DNA of 64,000 bases. Origin: Haliotis rufescens. Taxonomy: Eukaryota. The notes below the pieces were generated by a model. The model ran no database searches, was not told where the DNA came from, and saw only the letters and a list, made by a program, of their open reading frames with translations. Each line of letters opens with the position of its first letter. Within the stretch, counting starts at the first letter, position 1. Below, in pieces: positions 1 to 13,700 of this stretch. A program made the position numbers and the translations under genes. The stretch lies in the NCBI RefSeq assembly GCF_023055435.1, contig NW_025963780.1, positions 10,416,001 through 10,480,000 of the forward strand. The letters run 5' to 3'.

Positions 1-144
1 ATCCAAGTCAATGATATATTAAAATATGTTAAATTTCAAACATAATTTTTGAATAAAGCCAATCCATTACAAGATGACACATACAGCCCATGTAGCTGAC
101 ATCATTCAGACAAATTTGGTGCACATGATGACAGCTTCCAAGCT

Positions 145-3100
145 CATCTATATAGTATGGATTAGTCATTAACCATATCATCCATGTAGGATGGATTAGT
201 CATTAGCCATATCATCCATGTAGTATGGATTAGTCATTAAACATATCATCCATGTAGTATGGCTTAGTCATTAAACATATCATCCATGTAGGATGGATTA
301 GTCATAAAACATATCATTCATGTAGGATGGACTAGTCATTAACCAAATCATCCATGAAGTATGGATAAGTCATTAACCATATCATCCATGTAAGATGGAT
401 TAGTCATAAAACATATCATCCATGTAGGATGGATAAGTCATTAAACATATCATCCATGTAAGATGGATTAGTCATAAAACATATCATCCATGTAGGATGG
501 ATTAGTCATTAAACATATCATCCATGTAGTATGGATTAGTCATTAAACATATCATCCAAGTAGTATGGATTAGTCATTAACCACATCATCCATGTAGGAT
601 GGATTAGTCATTAACCATATCATTCATGTAGTATGGATTAGTCATTATCCATATCATCCATGAAGTATCGATTAGTCATTAACCATATCATCCATGTAGG
701 ATGGATTAGCCATTAGCCATATCATCCATGTAAGATGGATTAGTCATTAACCATATCATCCATGTAGGATGGATTAGTCATAAAACATATCATCCATGTA
801 GGATGGATGAGTCATTAACCATATCATCCATGTAGGATGGATTAGTCATAAACCATATCATCCATGTAGGATGGATGAGTCATTAACCAAATCATCCATG
901 AAGTATGGATAAGTCATTAACCATATCATCCATGTAAGATGGATTAGTCATAAAACATATCATCCATGTAGGATGGATGAGTCATTAACCATATCATCCA
1001 TGAAGTATGGATAAGTCATTAACCATATCATCCATGTAAGATGGATTAGTCATAAAACATATCATCCATGTAGGATGGATTAGTCATTAAACATATCATC
1101 CATGTAAGATGGATTAGTCATAAAACATATCATCCATGTAGGATGGATTAGTCATTAACCAAATCATCCATGTAGGATGGATTAGCCATTAACCATATCA
1201 TCCATGTAGTATGGATTAGTCATTATCCATATCATCCATGAAGTATCGATTAGTCATTAACCATATCATCCATGTAGGATGGATTAGCCATTAGCCATAT
1301 CATCCATGTAAGATGGATTAGTCATTAACCATATCATCCATGTAGGATGGATTAGTCATAAAACATATCATCCATGTAGGATGGATGAGTCATTAACCAT
1401 ATCATCCATGAAGTATCGATTAGTCATTAACCATATCATCCATGTAGGATGGATTAGCCATTAGCCATATCATCCATGTAAGATGGATTAGTCATTAACC
1501 ATATCATCCATGTAGGATGGATTAGTCATAAAACATATCATCCATGTAGGATGGATGAGTCATTAACCATATCATCCATGTAGGATGGATGAGTCATTAA
1601 CCATATCATCCATGTAGGATGGATTAGTCATTAACCATATCATCCATGTAGGATGGATTAGTCATTAACCATATCATCCATGAAGTATGGATAAGTCATT
1701 AACCATATCATCCATGTAAGATGGATTAGTCATAAAACATATCATCCATGTAGGATGGATTAGTCATTAACCAAATCATCCATGTAGGATGGATGAGTCA
1801 TTAACCATATCATCCATGTAGGATGGATTAGTCATAAACCATATCATCCATGTAGGATGGATTAGTCATTAACCATATCATCCATGAAGTATGGATAAGT
1901 CATTAACCATATCATCCATGTAAGATGGATTAGTCATAAAACATATCATCCATGTAGGATGGATTAGTCATTAACCAAATCATCCATGTAGTATGGATTA
2001 GTCATTAACCATATCATCCATGTAGTATGGATTAGTCATTAAACATATCATCCAAGTAGTATGGATTAGTCATTAACCAAATCATCCATGAAGTATGGAT
2101 AAGTCATTAACCATATCATCCATGTAAGATGGATTAGTCATAAAACATATCATCCATGTAGGATGGATTAGTCATTAAACATATCATCCATGTAGTATGG
2201 ATTAGTCATTAAACATATCATCCAAGTAGTATGGATTAGTCATTAACCACATCATCCATGTAGGATGGATTAGTCATTAACCATATCATTCATGTAGTAT
2301 GGATTAGTCATTATCCATATCATCCATGAAGTATCGATTAGTCATTAACCATATCATCCATGTAGGATGGATTAGCCATTAGCCATATCATCCATGTAAG
2401 ATGGATTAGTCATTAACCATATCATCCATGTAGGATGGATTAGTCATAAAACATATCATCCATGTAGGATGGATGAGTCATTAACCATATCATCCATGAA
2501 GTATCGATTAGTCATTAACCATATCATCCATGTAGGATGGATTAGCCATTAGCCATATCATCCATGTAAGATGGATTAGTCATTAACCATATCATCCATG
2601 TAGGATGGATTAGTCATAAAACATATCATCCATGTAGGATGGATGAGTCATTAACCATATCATCCATGTAGGATGGATGAGTCATTAACCATATCATCCA
2701 TGTAGGATGGATTAGTCATTAACCATATCATCCATGTAGGATGGATTAGTCATTAACCATATCATCCATGAAGTATGGATAAGTCATTAACCATATCATC
2801 CATGTAAGATGGATTAGTCATAAAACATATCATCCATGTAGGATGGATTAGTCATTAACCAAATCATCCATGTAGGATGGATGAGTCATTAACCATATCA
2901 TCCATGTAGGATGGATTAGTCATAAACCATATCATCCATGTAGGATGGATTAGTCATTAACCATATCATCCATGAAGTATGGATAAGTCATTAACCATAT
3001 CATCCATGTAAGATGGATTAGTCATAAAACATATCATCCATGTAGGATGGATTAGTCATTAACCAAATCATCCATGTAGTATGGATTAGTCATTAACCAT

Positions 3101-3309
3101 ATCATCCATGTAGTATGGATTAGTCATTAAACATATCATCCAAGTAGTATGGATTAGTCATTAACCAAATCATCCATGAAGTATGGATAAGTCATTAACC
3201 ATATCATCCATGTAAGATGGATTAGTCATAAAACATATCATCCATGTAGGATGGATTAGTCATTAACCACATCATCCATGTAGTATGGATTAGTCATTAA
3301 ACATATCAT
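145..3309. repeat. 34-bp minisatellite, about 93 copies
   Basis: unit GGATTAGTCATTAACCATATCATCCATGTAGGAT. Confidence 0.97.
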
Positions 3310-3310
3310 G

Positions 3311-4704
3311 TCAGACCCACCCATGCCCTAGTCCTACAAGCTGTACAATCTCAGACCACTGACCCTACAATGCCCTCGCCCTACAAGCTGTACCATCTCA
3401 GACCACTGACCCACCCATGTCCTCGTCCTACACGCTGTACCATCTCAGACCACTGAGCCACCCATGCCCTAGTTCTACAAGCTGTACCATCTCAGACCAC
3501 TGACCCTACCATGCCCTCGCCCTACAAGCTGTACCATCTCAGACCACTGACCCTACCATGCCCTCGCCCTACAAGCTGTACCATCTCAGACCACTCACCC
3601 ACCCATGCCCTAGTTCTACAAGCTGTACCATCTCAGACCACTGACCCACCCATGCCCTAGTCCTACAAGCTGTACAATCTCAGACCACTGACCCTACCAT
3701 GCCCTAGTTCTACAAGCTGTACCATCTCAGACCACTGACCCTACCATGCCCTCGCCCTAAAAGCTGTACCATCTCAGACCACTGACCCACCCATGCCCTC
3801 GTCCTACAAGCTGTACCATCTCAGACCACTGACCCTACCATGCCCTCGTCCTACAAGCTGTACCATCTCAGACCACTGACCCTACCATGCCCTCGTCCTA
3901 CAAGCTGTACAATCTCAGACCACTGACCCTACCATGCCTTCGTCCTACAAGCTGTACCATCTCAGACCACTGACCCACCCATGCCCTCGTCCTACAAGCT
4001 GTACCATCTCAGACCACTGACCCACCCATGCCCTCGTCCTACAAGCTGTACCATCTCAGACCACTGACCCTACTATGCCCTCGTCCTACAAGCTGTACCA
4101 TCTCAGACCACTGACTCACCCATGCCCTCGTCCTACAAGCTGTACCATCTCAGACCACTGACCCTACCATGCCCTCGTCCTACAAGCTGTACCATCTCAG
4201 ACCACTGACCCACCCATGCCCTAGTCCTACAAGCTGTACAATCTCAGACCACTGACCCACCCATGCCCTAGTTCTGCAAGCTGTACCATCTCAGACCACT
4301 GACCCTACCATGCCCTCGCCCTACAAGCTGTACCATCTAAGACCACTGACCCACCCATGCCCTCGTCCTACAAGCTGTACCATCTCAGACTACTGACCCA
4401 CCCATGCCCTCGTCCTACAAGCTGTACAATCTCAAACCACTGACCCACCCATGCCTTTGTCCTACAAGCTGTACCATCTCAGACCACTGACCCTACCATG
4501 CCCTCGTCCTACAAGCTGTACCATCTCAGACCACTGACCTACCCATGCCCTAGTTCTACAAGCTGTACCATCTCAGACCACTGACCCACCCATGCCCTCG
4601 TCCTACAAGCTGTACCATCTCAGACCACTGACCCACCCATGCCCTCGTCCTACAAGCTGTACCATCTCAGACCACTGACCCACCCATGCCCTAGTCCTAC
4701 AAGC
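3311..4704. repeat. 47-bp minisatellite, about 30 copies
   Basis: unit TCAGACCACTGACCCTACCATGCCCTCGTCCTACAAGCTGTACCATC. Confidence 0.97.
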
Positions 4705-5699
4705 AAATTTTTTTTTGGGCCAGAGTGAATATTTTTCTCAAAGCATCACAACACTTGAAAGCAGCAATAATTTGGCCCTGAAAATGTCCCCGTTGTGAAG
4801 GGTGGAGGGATACATCATGTTATCTTACAAGTGTCACAGTGGTACAAGAAACACCTACTGCTCAGTCCCAGATCTTGTCACAACAACAATAAAAACACTT
4901 CCCCATCTAGATCGGAAGTTCCACAACATAGGGCAGCCTATCTGGAACATCAGCCTGTGTTTATACACCACAAATCAAGTTGAGATAAGTATGGTGTAAA
5001 GAAAACAATCTGTTGATGGCAGATCTGGTATCACCTCTTGTCATCCACTGATGGCAGATCTGTTATCACCTCTTGGCATCAAGTGAAGGCTGATGCTGCC
5101 AGCAGGTCCTGCACACCGGCTCCTGGCCTACAGGAGTGAACCACTTTACTCCCTTTCAATTTCCAGGAATGAAAACAATGATTGCAGAAGGTAGGAAACA
5201 CCAAGTGTGTCTTAAAATCATGCCTATTAACTGTGTATTGCACACTTCAAGCTCCTGACTTTCTGTTCAGTGACATGGTAATGACTGAGGCTTGGGTGTA
5301 TGGCGGTGATGGATGTCAACGGCTTGCTGACCCCGTTTACCCATATCCTGGTATTACAGACTGGATCTAGTTGAGACCAAAACATTATAAATGGTTGAGG
5401 TATCTTTAACACTAGTAGATGTTACTTCGAATATCAACTCATCTGTGGCATCACGAGGACTAGTGAGTGAAATGATTGAGTTTCTATTTTGTCAGATATT
5501 GTCTAGATGCAAAAGTGGTGAAGCAGTTTGTTTTGATAAAAAAAACATGCAGATATTACACAGTTGAACAACTGTCTATATTTTTCATTTCCATTCCCAA
5601 AATATGTCTTTCCATCCTCTGCAAGACTTGCATGTTTCTTCTTTCCTGTCATGGATAAACTTCAGACACATGTCTCACTTATACTCACTGTTATACAAC

Positions 5700-6091
5700 A
5701 TTTTTATTTATTACCTATGAGGGCAAACATATCAGGGTTTATAAAGATCATATGTGCCCTAGGGTCATATCACATTACGAGATGTGTATTGTTTCCTTCA
5801 TCCGGATGGCATTGTTGACGTCATTCGAATCATATTGTGACGTGAGGTCGGAATGACGTCACACTAGAAACGACGTCATAGCTGAAGATCTTTTATTTCA
5901 TTCGATAATTTATGGTTTTGCTGCTGTTGCGACTTGCTGTCCTTATATAGGTAAACACTAAAATTCGTCTCTGTATGTAGACATCTCCTTCGGTAATAAA
6001 TAGAACATTATATGATTGTTCATGTCATACTGTTTAAGACACTCATGTTGTAAACATAGTATGACATGAACACTCATTTAATATCTTCTAT
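5700..6091 (+). mobile_element. Non-autonomous Helentron/HINE-like element
   Basis: Sub-terminal inverted repeat TTTATTACC (about 5707) / GGTAATAAA (about 5992), then a hairpin with about 20-bp arms at 6017-6072; internal TGACGTCA motifs. Confidence 0.45.
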
Positions 6092-7200
6092 TCAACATGC
6101 AAAAGAAAATGATATGTATATAATTGTACCACAATGGCCTTGCAGTGCTCAAGAAGGTAAAACAAGTCAGGAATGACATGGCAAACTATAATCACAGGAA
6201 GTGTTTTACTCGCTGAAGGATGGTTTTAAACTATGACTGATATTTAAAATGCCAAGGACAATTTCTGCATAGCATTCATGCTTTTAGTAGAGATTGTACA
6301 TTAGCTCTTAACTGTTTGATTGGCATTCTAGAAGTCGGTGAGCAGGTAAGAAAACGTACAGCTTTATGGATAACAGCTTCTGGTTTATTGCATATAGCGA
6401 CATTTAGCTGGAGTGATAACATTTGCTTTTTTTGACATCATATACCTTCTAAAAGATGCCGCCAATGTTCATAAGGATTTTACTGTAGCTTCAAAATATT
6501 TCTACTCTATGCATGGTCCAAGGGGGGTAATCTATCGTGGCTAAATAAAACCATTTCCCAACATCATATCAATATCGTCCTTAAATACCTCAACTGTTGT
6601 CAGTAAACAAATTGATTAAATTTATAAAAGTAAAATAGGCAAACTGAAAAATAAATGTTTCTAAATACATTCTTACCTTGATCTTCACGGGGAGAATGTG
6701 GGATGTGATATGGGAGGTGACAGAGAACAACAGGGCTCATAATTAAATAAATTTATACTGCTCTTGGCATAAAAGGTGGATATAAATCAACGCTTCGTAT
6801 TGCTGGGATCTTAACACAAAATGAACAGTGAATTGGCTGAATCCAAAGTTCATTGATTCAGGAAAATGCTTTTCTCTGGTCAGCTATACACTTAGAACAT
6901 GGTATGCTAATTTGTTTCAAAGTTCCAACTTCTAAGCTGGTAACCAAACCAAATGTTTAAATTGAAAATGAAATTTTATAAGATTTCTTTAGTATGAATA
7001 GAGTTTACCTCAAAACTAGTTCAGAGATAGTTGGTAGTGAAGAGTAGTCTGTTGAAACGCTAACAGGTTTTATAGTCTGACGACAGCCAGTATGGACATT
7101 TACAGCTATGATGTAAGAGAGGTAGGGTATTCAATGCAATTAGGAATCATATTATTTCTCAAGGACAACAATGGATTCTTGATCATTATAGCAGCCCTAC

Positions 7201-7753
7201 CTGAACTTGAAGGTGGAACTTGTTGATATCTTTGAACTGCTTCCTGGCATAAGTCTGTAGGACCGCATCAAGGAATCGGTCTGGACGCAGGAAGTGAGAC
7301 AGGTTGCACATTGCAGGAGTCTTCTTCAGATACGCCACTACACCTGCCATCCGCACAGGAAGCTCCCGCAGCCACTGCTTCAGACTGGAGCATGATGGGA
7401 AGGTTTCCTTCAGCCAGGCAGAAGGTACCCGATCGTTACAGACATCATCAAACAACTGTGTGACTTGTTCTGTCAAGGCCACCTCGCCTCGAGCTTTCTT
7501 CAGCAACAGATTGAGGTCCGACTGGACTTGGGAGACCAGATCCCGGAAGCCTGTAATCTCATAGTGTAGGAATATGTCTATGGGGTAGATCTGCTCCCTG
7601 CTGGTCTCTGGGAGGGTGGGACAGTTCTGTGTGAGGGCAATGAGCTGTGGGATGAGAGGGTCGGTGGACACGGTGGTGGACTTGGGGGGGTGGAGCACCT
7701 GCAGGAGCAGCTCGGGGGCCCCGGTCGCCTGCACCATGTCCTTCCCTATGATC
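7201..7753 (-). CDS. Dynein HC exon (C-terminal domain)
   Basis: FLHYEITGF...VPSAW...SLKQWL...NLSHFLRPDRFLDAVLQTYARK. Confidence 0.93.
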
Positions 7754-10700
7754 CTGGAACACAACAACAGCATGGAGTGAGTGAGTGAGTGAGTGAGTGA
7801 GTGAGTGAGTGAGTGAGTGAGTGAGTGAGTGAGTGAGTGAGTGAGTGAGTGAATCAGTCAGTCAACCAGTCAGTCAATCAGTCAGTGAGAGTGAGTGAGT
7901 ATGTGAGTCTCCCGCTGCTTGGAACAGTTTCAGTTAAATTACATCACATGTCAGTTCAGAGCAAGACTATGCTACTTGTTCTAGTGCCCACCCAACTCCG
8001 TGCCTTGTGCCCTGCTGGAGCTCCATCTCAGTTTATAAAGTGGTATCTGGGCCAAGCAAACCATCCTAGCATCAACAACGATCAAAGTTGTTGGAATGTG
8101 ATGACAAATTATTAGTAAGGTCACACATTGTAACCACCAAATCCTTGCTTTAATCACCATTAGGGGAAATAGTGTCACAATTTTCCTATTCACTCAATGA
8201 GAACCTTCAGATGATGGCCAACTGTGCCTCATCAACCGGTACACTACAACAAATTTGTGCACCAGCAGCAGACATCCAACAACATGTGATGGCAATATTC
8301 AGGCATAATGTAAACTGCTACAGACAGGACTTGATATTTCTTCTGAAGGTAAAGATTGTGCAATTAAATATCCCCAATTCACAAAAATCACATTTGTTCT
8401 GAATATATCCCATTTGCATGATATATAAGCACACATCATATTGCCCGTCAGTCACAATAACTCCTGACACTTGTGGCTATGATAAACGCTACAAAGGAAA
8501 ATCCCTGTCATTTGCAGCAGCAGTTGCATGGAAAAAGTTACCATTTGAACTCCTAACTTGTCCTGTCTATGCTTTGTTCAAAGTACTTATCAAGATGTCT
8601 TTCTTCCACCAAGCATATCTCCAGAAACCTTCCAGTGTGAGCTCTGAGCACATCATAGTGCATGGAGATTACCATGTTAAAAATGAATTATTATTGTGTC
8701 TGTTGTTGTTGCTGTTGTTGTTGCTGTTGTTGTTGTTGTTATCATGTGAAGTGTTGCAGCCCCCACCTGCTCTTGCCAGCGAGGAGATGCTGCTCTGCTG
8801 CGTGACTGAGACTGAATGTCCGGGCTGAGTGGTCCTCGATGGCATCCAGAGCCTTCTTGAGACTGGGTGGGTCATCTCTACTGGCCAGGAGCTTGTGTAG
8901 CAGTGACACAACGCCCTTCCCATTGGCTGTCTCCTTCTCTGCCTACACACAACAGGACAACATGGGCAAACATTGGCATACATATATCACCCAAATCACT
9001 TCTCATGTTCTTATTCATGTAAGGATTGACTTTGGATTTTTTTTGGTTCATTGAGGTATGAACCGAAAAACCGATGTGCAAACTGTATGAATCCACACTC
9101 AATCCTATTGATTAAATTTGACAATGAAAACATGTGCAATCTACAAACGTTTAACCAAAAAGTTGTATATTTCAAAGTAGACAAAAATGACGAGATTGAT
9201 AAACACTCTTTGTGTAGGAAAAAGTACTGTGGTGCGACATGAATCAGGTGATTGTTTAATTTATGCACATAACTTGACATGCCCACAAAGTCAGTAGCCA
9301 ATCAACGGAGAGTAGGATCAAAACAAATTTCATAGGACCTGTCAATCAAGGCAAGAGGCGAGTCTGACTGCAACAGTCAGACTGTAACAAACCAGAACAA
9401 ATATGTCTGGGAGAAGTTGGCTGTTTCAAACAACATGGTCAGATACTGCCAGATTCAAACATTAGTTCACTGAGAACGCGAAGACACAGTTGGAAAAATG
9501 TTGGTTAGAAATGAAACCCAAAGACATAAACTTTTGTTTCAAAGGGTAGTTTAGACAATGAATATGCATGAGTTTTGCTAAATGTCCTGTGCATGACAAT
9601 ACTTGTGAGCAGAATGGGAATTCCCTTGACTGTAATATTGGGATTGCCTGACATTCTAGAGTAATAAAAGTCTGCTTCAGTGGGCGTGGCTTAATATATT
9701 ACATTCATTGGGAAATGAATGCAATAACACGTGACCAATTCAGCTAATCAGAATGCAGGAATTTCATTGAACACAATTAAAATGTAATTATCATACTGTG
9801 AATATATAAAAGTGCATATTTCAAAATTCCTCTTGGTTTCTTTGTGGTTTTAAAGAGTACTTTTTGGCCTACTGCTGAAGATGGACCTGATAGGCTTTCG
9901 AAAACATCACATTGAATTGAGCATCAATATATCACTTTGTGATCGAACATTCTATTGTTCAAATATCCAGATATATAGATGTTATTATTAATAATAATAT
10001 AATGACTCCTCACCCGCTTCCCATCACTGGCATATTTGGCAAGACAAGAGACCAGCTCTTGTACAAGTTGGGAATCACACATATCGGTACAGTGATCGGA
10101 ATACACTCGACCAATCAGATCCTTGGCATGGGCGGAGCTGCTGGTGCGATGAACCAGCCTCTTGAAGATGTCCACCGCCATGGCTAGGTCCATAAGGTTC
10201 CAACTGTGATGGTTGACAAATGCATGGTTGCCATAGTAACTGTGTTGTAACAACAACGAGTGCATAAGGGCAAGCGGCATTGTCCGTCCAAACTTCTCTT
10301 CAGCCTGAAAACAGAACTATGTATTCAGTCATGTGTTCATTTAGTACAAGAGTGTGAATGTTGGGTTATATGGTAGCAGCATCCCCGTTGGAACTATAGA
10401 TGTTGGGGACATGGCTGGCAGAGGTAATACAAGATTTTACCTTAGGTAGGAAACCAGGTCCAATTCCGAAATATGTACCTCTAAATCAAAGTCTTGCCCC
10501 CTTTAAGATCCTCAAGGTCATAGCGGTAAATTACTGTAAATCTGGAAATTAATGCATCTCCAAATTAATGTGACTGTTGACCCCTACCCCAAAAGCGACT
10601 CAACATCAATGCGACTCCCCCCACCCCACCACATCCCCAGTGTATGATACATATCCTTACTTTAATCCAATCAAAGAGCATATAGTGCCGCTTATTAGCA

Positions 10701-13700
10701 CTGAATAAAGCACTTCCGTAAAAATAATAAACAGTGTATTCCCCCAAACAACACACGGTTCATATGTTCCTTCTGTTGACTGGCATTAAGGATGTTCAAA
10801 GGCAATAAAATAATTGAACCAACAACAGTTTACTGATTGGTATGCGAAGGTGTCAACAAGCTTGACACGAGTGGGTAGAACTCTTGACGCCAGCAGTGAT
10901 AACTCACTGGGTGCCCATTGTGTAATCCCTATTCTTTGAATGACATTGGTATATACTTATTACAACTGCTGCTCAATAAACCTTGTTTGTGTTTATGTTC
11001 AAGTTGGTATTTCCGCTATCCAACGTGTGCAGTGAGGCCATCTTATTGTTGATAGTCATTTGGAGACATAAATGCGAAGTTAATTAATGCGAGCAAAGAC
11101 ATTTCATTCACGCTTGCGTTAATTACAAGATTTACAGTATATGTTAGGGTGAGCCACAAGTTATTTCCTTTACCATATAGCAACAAGTCAATACAAGATG
11201 CAGTGTTACTCCACATCTCTGCTGTGTTGGTGTCAGTTTATACTCACATCGTCCTCAGCTCGGTGCCAGTGCTTCAGAAGGAAGGCAACAGATCTGTATG
11301 ACTTCTGGAGACAACTGCGGAAATTGGCCTTGGCCTCACACGTCACCCTCAACCCATGCTGGATCAGAACCCCTGCAACACAAGCAGACAGTCAGCCAGT
11401 GATTAGCCACGACAAGCATGGACAGACTACAGGAAACNNNNNNNNNNNNNNNNNNNNNNNNNNNNNNNNNNNNNNNNNNNNNNNNNNNNNNNNNNNNNNN
11501 NNNNNNNNNNNNNNNNNNNNNNNNNNNNNNNNNNNNNNNNNNNNNNNNNNNNNNNNNNNNNNNNNNNNNNNNNNNNNNNNNNNNNNNNNNNNNNNNNNNN
11601 NNNNNATCCAAGTTTACTAGCCCATACTGATTCTTGGTAACATTTACAAAGATACCCCACCCACTCAGACACATTATACAAACTGGCCAGTCCTTGTTGT
11701 ATCCCCTTATGCTGCACACCAGGCAGTCTAACAACAGGTACCAACTTGTGATGAGGCCAATCCACCCACATTCCACGTTCCAGGCAGATGCTCTATCCAC
11801 AACACCATGGAGGCAGTTTAAGTCACGTGGACATTTTTCTGCACAGTTCTTTCCTGACATCAGTAGAAGTTATATTCCCATCTGAACTACCAGAATAAAG
11901 GAAGCTTGCAAGCATAGTATTACCAGGTATGACACGTGGGCCGTCTGCCAGAGTTGTGATCCATAAGCGGAATTGCGGGTGTATTTTCTGGTCATGTATC
12001 TGAGTGGATGGCCTTGATCTTGCTATCAGACTGCGACCTTCATCACTGATGTCTGTGTTCTCCCGCTGTCTGTCCTCGGCAATCCACTTACTGTAGATGA
12101 TGTCCTGTGTGAAAACAATTGCCTCCATTTCCATCATACTCAACATGTCAACAAATATTTGCTTAAAGTAGCTGCCTAAATGAACTTTGGAGGGAGTGTT
12201 TCATTCCACAGCCGGCACTATTAGAGCTGCAGCACAGTAACCATACATGAGAGAAACTGGACCAGCCAACCACACAATGCTCATTGTAGACAGCTCATAT
12301 GGAAAACATGGCGTATAAGGGCCCAGAAGTCACTATGGGGAGACAAGCATGGATACTAGGCCCAGAAGTTACTATGGGGAGACAAGCATGGATACTAAGC
12401 CCAAAGTCACTATGGGGAGACAAGCATGGATACTAGGCCCAGAAGTTACTATGGGGAGACAAGCATGGATACTAGGCCCAGAAGTCACAATGGGGAGACA
12501 AGCATGGATACTAGGCCCAGAAGTCACTATGGGGAGACAAGCATGGATACTAGGCCCAGAAGTCACAATGGGGAGACAAGCATGGATACTAGGCCCAGAA
12601 GTCACTATGGGGAGACAAGCATGGATACTAGGCCCAGAAGTTACTATGGGGAGACAAGCATGGATACTAAGCCCAAAGTCACTATGGGGAGACAAGCATG
12701 GATACTAGGCCCAGAAGTTACTATGGGGAGACAAGCATGGATACTAGGCCCAGAAGTCACAATGGGGAGACAAGCATGGATACTAGGCCCAGAAGTCACT
12801 ATGGGGAGACAAGCATGGATACTAGGCCCAGAAGTCACAATGGGGAGACAAGCATGGATACTAGGCCCAGAAGTCACTATGGGGAGACAAGCATGGATAC
12901 TAAGCCCAGAAGTTACTATGGGGAGACAAGCATGGATACTAGGCCCAGAAGTCACTATGGGAAGACAAGCATGGATACTCGTGCCCAGAAGTTACAATGG
13001 GGAGACAAGCATGGATACTAGGCCCAGAAGTTACTATGGGGAGACAAGCATGGATACTAGGCCCAGAAGTCACTATGGGAAGACAAGCATGGATACTCGA
13101 GCCCAGAAGTTACTATGGGGAGACAAGCATGGATACTAGGCCCAGAAGTCACTATGGGGAGACAAGCATGGATACTAGGCCCACAAGTTACTATGGGGAG
13201 ACAAGCATGGATACTAGGCCCAGAAGTCACTATGGGGAGACAAGCATGGATACTAGGCCCAGAAGTTACTATGGGGAGACAAGCATGGATACTAGGCCCA
13301 GAAGTTACTATGGGGAGACAAGCATGGATACTAGGCCCAGAAGTTACTATGGGGAGACAAGCATGGATACTAGGCCCAGAAGTTACTATGATGAGACAAG
13401 CATGGATACTAGGCCCAAAGTCACTATCGGGAGACAAGCATAGATACTAGGCCCAGAAGTCACTACGGGGAGACAAGCATGGATACTAAGCCCAAGTCAC
13501 TATGGGAAGACAAGCATGGATACTAGGCCCAGAAGTTACTATGGGGAGACAAGCATGGATACTAAGCCCAAAGTCACTATCGGGAGACAAGCATGGATAC
13601 TAGGCCCAGAAGTTACTATGAGGAGACAAGCATGGATACTAGGCCCAGAAGTCACTATGGGGAGACAAGCATGGATACTCGTCCCCAGAAGTCACTATGG

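Noticed and set aside
5816-5878. Cluster of TGACGTCA (CRE) motifs as a promoter
   Set aside because: Lies inside a putative transposable element with no associated transcription start evidence.
6676-6745. Candidate further dynein exon ending AAG|GTAAG
   Set aside because: No convincing acceptor or dynein C-terminal similarity; the remaining exons probably lie beyond position 1.
9361-9383. Perfect 10-bp inverted repeat AGTCTGACTG-CAA-CAGTCAGACT
   Set aside because: Isolated, with no supporting context.
11411-11422. GACAAGCATGGA 12-mer matching the 39-bp array next to the N gap
   Set aside because: Too short to distinguish from chance.
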